Source of the DNA: Candidatus Limnocylindria bacterium
GTDB taxonomy: Bacteria > Chloroflexota > Limnocylindria > QHBO01
Direction: 5' to 3'
Length of the DNA stretch: 64,000 nt
Assembly (NCBI GenBank): GCA_038250515.1
Contig: JBBSCG010000003.1
Location: 23,675-87,674 of the forward strand
Below the pieces are notes generated by a model. The model did not search any database and was not told the origin of the DNA. It saw nothing but the letters and a program-made list of their open reading frames with translations. Every line of letters begins with the position of its first letter. Position 1 is the first letter of the stretch. Positions 59,201 to 64,000 of the stretch are shown piece after piece. A program made the position numbers and the translations under genes.

Positions 59201-59801
59201 AACATGGCGGCTGCACCCACGCATCACGGAGTTCACCTCCGAGGCGTTCTACGAGGGGCGCCTCCTCTCGCGGGAAGGCCTGGAATCCCAGGAGCTGCGT
59301 GGGCCGGCACCGCTCGGGGGCGTCGGGCTGCGGCTCTCGCCATCGGTCCACAGCGGAGACGCGAACGAGTCCGACGAGGAAGCTCGACAGGTCGCCGAAC
59401 TCGTGCGGAACCTGGTCGAAGGACGGTCGACCTGGGTCAACCAGGACGGGGAGGAGCGCCCGGTGACCTGGACCGACGTCCTGGTCGTCGCTCCGTATAA
59501 CGCACAGGTCGGCGCGATTCGTCAGCTGCTGCCCGCCGAGGCGCGCGTCGGGACGGTCGACAAGTTCCAGGGCCAGGAGGCCCCGATCAGCATCTACTCC
59601 ATGACGACCAGCTCACCCGAGGACGCGCCGCGCGGCATGGACTTCCTCTACTCACGCAACCGCCTGAACGTCGCGACCTCCCGGGCGCGGTGCGTCGCGG
59701 TGGTCGTCGCGTCTCCAGAGCTGTTGCGGGTCCGCGCCCGAACGCCGGAGCAGATGCGCCTGGCAAACGCCCTCTGCCAGTTCGTGGAGTTAGCGACCTA
59801 G
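56277..59801 (+). CDS. RecB-like nuclease (TM0106 family) + RNase H-like domain + SF1 DNA2/AAA_11-AAA_12-type helicase fusion protein
   Basis: N-terminal Cys cluster CAVCRWAPEC and DxK-type nuclease region, FFDIEGDP RNase-H-like motif, Walker A GPPGSGKT, VLFVDVAGQ, VDKFQGQE, VATSRAR helicase motifs. GGGAGGGAG RBS 9 nt before the ATG 56277. Confidence 0.85.
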   Translation: MQLIDGKPVFSATDLVGYLACEHLTALETAALSGLVERPNRPDPELDVIRRRGEQHEQRYLGGLRAEGKSVVTIERYEDEQRGARLIRQADETIAAMREGADVIYQATFFDGRWLGYADFLLRVDDAARPSAWGPYHYEVADTKLARHVKAGAVLQICSYVDQLERLQGVRPATMKVVLGGSAHEVAELRTDDYMAYYHAAKRRFEATVLGTDDAPAPPPAYPPASTYPEPVEHCAVCRWAPECQARRRADDHLSLVAGISARQRKELGKRDIGTLTELGTTPIPFDPSLKDGEASMERVREQARIQLEGRGRTPPLHELLPVEPERGLAILPEPDAGDLFFDIEGDPFAFDDGIDYLFGFLDTADDFTAFWSFDASGEVSLEGEKLAFERFMDFVMARLAAYPNMHIYHYAPYEPTALKRLMGRHATRETEVDRLLRGGVLVDLFRAVRQGVRASVESYSIKKLESIYGFHREIDLRDAGSSIVAFEEWLQLGEGERPSSDILQRIQTYNRDDVVSNARLRDWLEQLRFEVESETRTPVPRPADRVAEAPEELTEADAQVQRVADRLTDGVPVDPAERSDEQQARWFLAQLLSWHRRENKATWWDFFHRIALTSEELVDEDGALGQLELVSVSPPYKPTPRSGQRRKATYRFPPQEHKNVESRSDLFDPALAQEAPAAPKWDWRVNADLAELDDKTATVTLLWKGEAPIRHPEALVAVNRIDDKVLRAALLRLGEWVAEYGIDADGPSRAARDLLLRRAPRCGHAAEAPLKQPNETDLDAACRLIGQLDRGTLAIQGPPGSGKTYTGARMAVELLRAGKKVGISATSHKVIGNFLDMLLKAGREAGVAVNAVQRADPEQGLDHDVELASDGARVRNGLADGTFNVAAGTPWLWAPEQCCDLVDVLFVDVAGQISLANVLAMGAATGSIVLPGDPQQLDQPLQGTHPLGADKSALAHLLGSHDTMPEALGLFLERTWRLHPRITEFTSEAFYEGRLLSREGLESQELRGPAPLGGVGLRLSPSVHSGDANESDEEARQVAELVRNLVEGRSTWVNQDGEERPVTWTDVLVVAPYNAQVGAIRQLLPAEARVGTVDKFQGQEAPISIYSMTTSSPEDAPRGMDFLYSRNRLNVATSRARCVAVVVASPELLRVRARTPEQMRLANALCQFVELAT

Positions 59802-59911
59802 GACTCAGTCTTCAGGTGAAAGGATCCGTCATCACGAGGCTCGCTGGTCGGCGCTTGCACGCGCGGCGCAAAGCTACGCCGTCCATCCTCAGCGCGGGCT
59901 GAGACGGCGCG

Positions 59912-60121
59912 TTAGACCGCCTCGACTATTCCGACACCAGTTGTCGGCGAAGGGACGGCCTCGCCAGTCGCCCGCATGGCTTCGATATGAAGCTGGATCG
60001 CCGCGCTGATGCGGCGCTCGACTCCCGCGCGGGTTCTCCCGGTGGCAACGCAGCCGGGCAGGTCCGGCACGTACGCAGCCCAGTTCCGATCGGTTTGTTC
60101 AAAGACGACTGCGTACTTCAT
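59912..60121 (-). CDS. hicB: HicB-family antitoxin
   Basis: 69 aa. YAVVFEQTDRNWAAYVPDLPGCVATGRT, typical HicB/UPF0150. Confidence 0.8.
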   Translation of the reverse strand: MKYAVVFEQTDRNWAAYVPDLPGCVATGRTRAGVERRISAAIQLHIEAMRATGEAVPSPTTGVGIVEAV

Positions 60122-60321
60122 GGGTCCTCATCTCGATCGGCGCCTGCTTGTCGGAGGATACTCCGATAGGTTCCTGGCGGCAGATCATCCGAAAGATCTC
60201 CTGCAACTGTCACGGTGCCTCGACGTACCGGATGCTGCAACTGGCGGTGACTGCCGGCGCGACGCACTTCACGCCATCCCGCCTCGCGAAGCCTACGGAG
60301 CACATCTCGGACCTTGGGCAC
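60118..60321 (-). CDS. hicA: HicA-family mRNA interferase toxin
   Basis: 67 aa. VLRRLREAGWREVRRAGSHRQLQHP, typical HicA (YcfA-like). Confidence 0.8.
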   Translation of the reverse strand: MPKVRDVLRRLREAGWREVRRAGSHRQLQHPVRRGTVTVAGDLSDDLPPGTYRSILRQAGADRDEDP

Positions 60322-60450
60322 ACACAGACAGTACGGATCAGCCCTTACCGCGCTGTTACCAGTTCCTTATTTGAACGGAGCTCATGGACCCGGCGCGAGC
60401 CCACCCAACGCGACACACAAGCTGTCACGACACATCCCGATACTCCCCGT

Positions 60451-61710
60451 ATGAACAGCAGCGTCACCATCACCGCGGACCGCATCGTCGTCGAGCATCT
60501 GGAGCTCCACGACCCGCAACTGGCCGCCTTCGTCGCCGAGCGCGACCCGGGTGAGCGGCCGGCGCTGGTGGAGCGCGCTCTGCGCATCGGCCTCATGACC
60601 ATCTGTAACGCCGGCGTCAGCCTGACGACCGACGTCGTGCGAACCGAGTTCACACGCCTCAGCGAGCGCCTGAAGGCGACGAACGCGCGCGCCGCGGAGG
60701 CGCTCGAGCAGCAGTTGCGTGCCAACTTCGCCGATGGCGACGGCCGACTGCCCCGGACCCTCGAGGCCTTCCTGGGCGACGAGGGCAAGCTGCGCCGGCT
60801 TGTGGGCGAGCTGTTCGATCCGAATCGGCGCGAGGGCGCCATGGGCCAGCTCACCACCCTGCTGCAGCGCTACTTCGACGGCGACGCCTCGCAGCTCGCC
60901 CGCCTGCTGGACCCGACCCGCGAGGGCTCGCCGCTGCACCAGTTCCGCAACGAGGTGACCGGCGAGTTCCGCTCCCTCCAGGAGCGGCTGACCGCGCTGG
61001 AGGCCGGCGAGAAGGCCCGGGCCGAGGAGCGCGCTCGCGGCACCGCCAAGGGCGTCGATTTCGAGGACGCGCTGGAGGCCCGCCTCGCCGAGCTGGCCCG
61101 CGCGCAGGGTGACCTGCTGGAGCGCACCGGCGCCGAAGCGGGAGACAGCCTTCGCAGCAAGAAGGGCGACTTCGTGCTGGGCATCGACCCCAGCCGCACG
61201 CGCGGCGTGGACCTGCGGGTGGCCATCGAGGCCAAGGACCGCACGGTGAGCCTGCGCCGATTCAGCACTGAGCTGGCGGAGGCGAAGGCGAACCGCCGCG
61301 CCGCCATCGCGCTCGCCGTCTTCACACCGCATAGCGCACCGCCCGGCGTGGCACCGCTGACCGTCATCGGTTCAGACGTCTACTGCGTGTATGACCCGGA
61401 GGCCGATGACGCCATCGCCCTGGAGGCCGCCGTCCGCCTCGCCCGCGCGCTGGCGCTGGCCAGCCTACGCGAGTCGACCGTCCAGCTCGACGTGCCGGCC
61501 GTGCAGGACGCGCTCGCCGAGATCGTGCGCCAGGTGGGCGAGGTGCAGGGCATGAAGTCGCGCCTCACCTCCATCTCGAATGCGGCCGGCGACGTGAGCC
61601 GAACCCTCGACATGATGCGGATGGGCATCCTGCGCAGCGTCAAGGACGTTGAGGCGCAGCTGGACGTCGTCGATTCCAAGACCGATACCGCTGGCGCGCT
61701 GAGCGCCTGA
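60451..61710 (+). CDS. Hypothetical coiled-coil protein with C-terminal PD-(D/E)xK-like motif
   Basis: 419 aa from the ATG for MNSSVTIT. Long helical/charged N-terminal region, then GDFVLGID-x11-VAIEAKD. No Walker motifs. Confidence 0.65.
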   Translation: MNSSVTITADRIVVEHLELHDPQLAAFVAERDPGERPALVERALRIGLMTICNAGVSLTTDVVRTEFTRLSERLKATNARAAEALEQQLRANFADGDGRLPRTLEAFLGDEGKLRRLVGELFDPNRREGAMGQLTTLLQRYFDGDASQLARLLDPTREGSPLHQFRNEVTGEFRSLQERLTALEAGEKARAEERARGTAKGVDFEDALEARLAELARAQGDLLERTGAEAGDSLRSKKGDFVLGIDPSRTRGVDLRVAIEAKDRTVSLRRFSTELAEAKANRRAAIALAVFTPHSAPPGVAPLTVIGSDVYCVYDPEADDAIALEAAVRLARALALASLRESTVQLDVPAVQDALAEIVRQVGEVQGMKSRLTSISNAAGDVSRTLDMMRMGILRSVKDVEAQLDVVDSKTDTAGALSA

Positions 61711-61723
61711 AAGAGAGCAACCC

Positions 61724-62983
61724 GTGACCGCATTCAGTGCCCGAACCGACCGCCACCTCGTCCGCACTGATGGACGCAGCCGGCGCCACGTCCTCCTCTG
61801 CCTCACCGCACCGAAGCCCCGCCGCAAGCCGGCGCAGCGCCCGCCGGTCAATGTCGCCTTCGTCCTGGACCGCAGCGGCTCGATGGGCGGGCAGAAGATC
61901 GCGCTGGCCAAGTACGCCGTCGAGCGTGCGCTCCAGGGGCTCGGCTCCAGGGACCGATTCAGCGTCGTGACCTACGACGACCAGGTGGAGAGCGTCGCGA
62001 GCAGCCGCACCGCCACCGCCAAGGCAAAGCAGGATGCGCTCCTTCGCCTCCAGACAGTCGACGCGCGCGGCAGCACCGACCTCCATGGCGGCTGGACCGC
62101 CGGCGCGGAGCAGGTCAAGTCGCACTTGGCCACCGACGGCGTGAACCGATGCCTGCTCCTGACCGATGGACTCGCCAACATCGGCCTCACCGAGCCGGTC
62201 GCCCTGGCCGCATTCGCGAAGGACCTGCGCGCCTCCGGCGTCGCGACCAGCACCTTCGGCGTCGGCGCCGACTTCGACGAGGTGCTCCTGACCGCCATCG
62301 CCGATGCCGGCGGCGGCCACTTCTACTTCATCGGTCGCCCGGAGCACATCGTGGACGCCATGACCAGCGAGCTCGGCGAGCTGCTCGAGACGGTCGCGCG
62401 CGAGGTCGTGGTCGACATCAAGCACCATCCGGCGCTCGAGCTCCAGGCGCTCTCCCCGGTCGTCGACGCGGCCGCCATCCCCGGCGAGCTGCGCCTGCTC
62501 ATCGGCGACCTCGTCGCCGGCCAGAACGTGGAGCTCGTGCTTTCAGTGCGCTTTCCGGCCGCCGATGCCGGAATCGCGACGAGCGCCTTCTTCACCACCG
62601 GCGACCGCGACGGCGTCCTCAAGGCCGATGGCTGCACCCTGGCCTGGCGGCATGCCGAAGGTGCGGATGTCGACGCCCAGCCGCGCGACCGCGAGGTCGA
62701 CCGTGCCGTGGCCCGCATCTACGCCGCACGCGCCCGCATGGAGGCGGTGCACCTCAATCGGCTGGGCGAGTATCGCGATGCCCGTCATGCGCTCAGGGGC
62801 GTCGCGCGGCGCATCGCCGGCTACGCGGGCTCGGACACCGAGCTCAAGGAGCTCGCGGCCCAGCTCATCGCCGAGGAAGCCGCCTTCTCAGCACCGATGG
62901 CCGAGCTCGACCGCAAATCGACCCACTTCACCTCCGCCAACATCCAGCGCTCGCGCGATCAGACGGGCCAGGCGCGGCGATAG
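61724..62983 (+). CDS. vWA-domain protein with intact MIDAS and C-terminal extension
   Basis: VAFVLDRSGSMGG MIDAS and LLLTDGLAN, then a C-terminal domain of about 200 aa. 13 nt downstream of the previous gene. GTG start. Confidence 0.75.
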   Translation: MTAFSARTDRHLVRTDGRSRRHVLLCLTAPKPRRKPAQRPPVNVAFVLDRSGSMGGQKIALAKYAVERALQGLGSRDRFSVVTYDDQVESVASSRTATAKAKQDALLRLQTVDARGSTDLHGGWTAGAEQVKSHLATDGVNRCLLLTDGLANIGLTEPVALAAFAKDLRASGVATSTFGVGADFDEVLLTAIADAGGGHFYFIGRPEHIVDAMTSELGELLETVAREVVVDIKHHPALELQALSPVVDAAAIPGELRLLIGDLVAGQNVELVLSVRFPAADAGIATSAFFTTGDRDGVLKADGCTLAWRHAEGADVDAQPRDREVDRAVARIYAARARMEAVHLNRLGEYRDARHALRGVARRIAGYAGSDTELKELAAQLIAEEAAFSAPMAELDRKSTHFTSANIQRSRDQTGQARR

Positions 62984-63079
62984 GGTTCATCCGGAGTTAG
63001 CGTCGAGGCGTGGATGGGCCAGGCCGACTATGACCTCTAACGGGCCCTGTCTCACCTGCAATGAGCGCACGCCGCCAAA

Positions 63080-63328
63080 TTGGATCAGAGCGCGGCTGAG
63101 GCGAAGTTCAATACCGCCATGGTGGACATCTACGGGAGAACCGGCAAGGAGTTTGGGTATTGGCCGCACTCCTTCCAGTGGATGGTTCGGACGATGGGCA
63201 GCGTGGCCGCGGCCAAGAAGCCACTCGAAGATAGGCAAGTGTCCGATGGCTTCCTAAAGCTCGTCAAGGCGCGACGGATGGACCTGAGCGATGGCACCCC
63301 GCGTTCCGCCCTTGATACGCGACCATGA
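63080..63328 (+). CDS. Small hypothetical protein in a lower-GC segment
   Basis: 82 aa (MVDIYGRTGKEFGYWPHSFQWMVRTMG...). Weak. Confidence 0.25.
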   Translation: MDQSAAEAKFNTAMVDIYGRTGKEFGYWPHSFQWMVRTMGSVAAAKKPLEDRQVSDGFLKLVKARRMDLSDGTPRSALDTRP

Positions 63329-63769
63329 GGAGCGCGCGATCGCGCGACATCACCTCGAACGTATGGACACGACCATGACTCGGTGGGCCGAGTGATGGCC
63401 TGGCTGCACCTAGCGTTGGAGGTTCGCGAACGGCAGTCCCGTGGCGGTTGACGAAGACATCGAGGAGCCGGATCTCCTCAAGGCGAGGGCTGCCACGGCC
63501 TTCCAATGGACGCACAGATCTAGTGCATCAGCCAAATGCCACACCAGGCGCCCACCCCAATGACCAATAGGCCCGGCCCGCGCCAAGCTGAAGGTCATCC
63601 ACCGGCAGCGTCAGCCCTGTTATCCGGGGCTCAGGACCGCCGCGAGCCCGAATCCGATCTGCCGCCCGACGGCCCGACTAGCTTGGAACGGTGGTTTTGG
63701 TCGTGTTGCCTTGTCCGGAGCACGGGGTGTCGAGCGAGTTGGCGCCGAACCGGCTGCCACTCGCATCCG

Positions 63770-64000
63770 TCACACGAGTAGAACGCGGAGGCGATCAATG
63801 AAGTCCGACACATCGGCGGCCGGTAGGAGCCGCTCCTTACCACCAGCGCCGACTGCCTCGACTGCTTGGTGCGCCGATATCGCCGGAAAGTATCGCTGGA
63901 AGGCTTCGGGCGAGCTCCAAACGCGAAATGAACCGCCCTCAGCCGGTTGCGGCCACACCGTAAAGAGCATTACCTGCCTGTCGGAGTCCGGCGTGAACAT
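63770..64000 (-). CDS. Hypothetical protein, partial (runs off window end)
   Basis: Open frame to the window edge. Weak. Confidence 0.25.
   Translation of the reverse strand: MFTPDSDRQVMLFTVWPQPAEGGSFRVWSSPEAFQRYFPAISAHQAVEAVGAGGKERLLPAADVSDFIDRLRVLLV

Noticed and set aside
60148-60450. Extended N-terminus (ORF from 60148) for the coiled-coil protein
   Set aside because: It would overlap hicAB on the opposite strand. The upstream translation is low-complexity, and an in-frame ATG at 60451 starts the protein-like sequence.

Overview
This is a ~70% GC bacterial chromosomal segment. The gene content (PAC2-family protein, UvrD2-like helicase with HRDC tail, many type II TA pairs, DosS/DosR-like kinase/regulator) looks like an actinobacterium or a related high-GC lineage. 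Coding density is high, and most long ORFs in alternate frames are GC artefacts.

Layout:
- 0.7-13.2 kb: a nitric-oxide/denitrification-type island. It holds a Ca/Mg-type P-type ATPase, an SDR, a DUF2249 protein, a hemerythrin, a divergent ArsR-like regulator, a DUF59/MIP18 protein and two polytopic membrane proteins (one NnrS-like). These are followed by a copper nitrite reductase NirK with an N-terminal cupredoxin fusion, then a GAF sensor histidine kinase and NarL-type response regulator pair.
- 14-27.9 kb: an MFS transporter, a GT4 GlgA/GlgM-like glycosyltransferase, CopA, a YHS-domain protein, two ABC exporter pairs and an esterase, followed by a membrane GAF-GGDEF cyclase flanked by 33-bp direct repeats, a secreted hydrolase-like protein and a small alpha/beta hydrolase.
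- 27.9-31.3 kb: a tRNA-Gly(TCC), an adenylate cyclase-ATPase-TPR gene, an internally deleted duplicate of that gene, and a 3' tRNA-Gly remnant.
- 31.3-64 kb: an accessory region dense in toxin-antitoxin modules (mazEF, two vapBC, phd/relE, vapC/phd, HTH/nucleotidyltransferase, PIN/AbrB, hicAB, an orphan brnA). These are interleaved with a uvrD2-like helicase, murB, an AhpD-like protein, a frameshifted helicase pseudogene and a 1174-aa RecB-like nuclease-SF1 helicase fusion. The most interesting feature is an uncharacterised two-gene module: a coiled-coil protein with a PD-(D/E)xK-like motif plus a vWA/MIDAS protein. A decayed vWA paralog lies 7 kb upstream of it.

Several dispersed palindromic intergenic repeat families are present. 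No CRISPR, integrase or transposase was seen.
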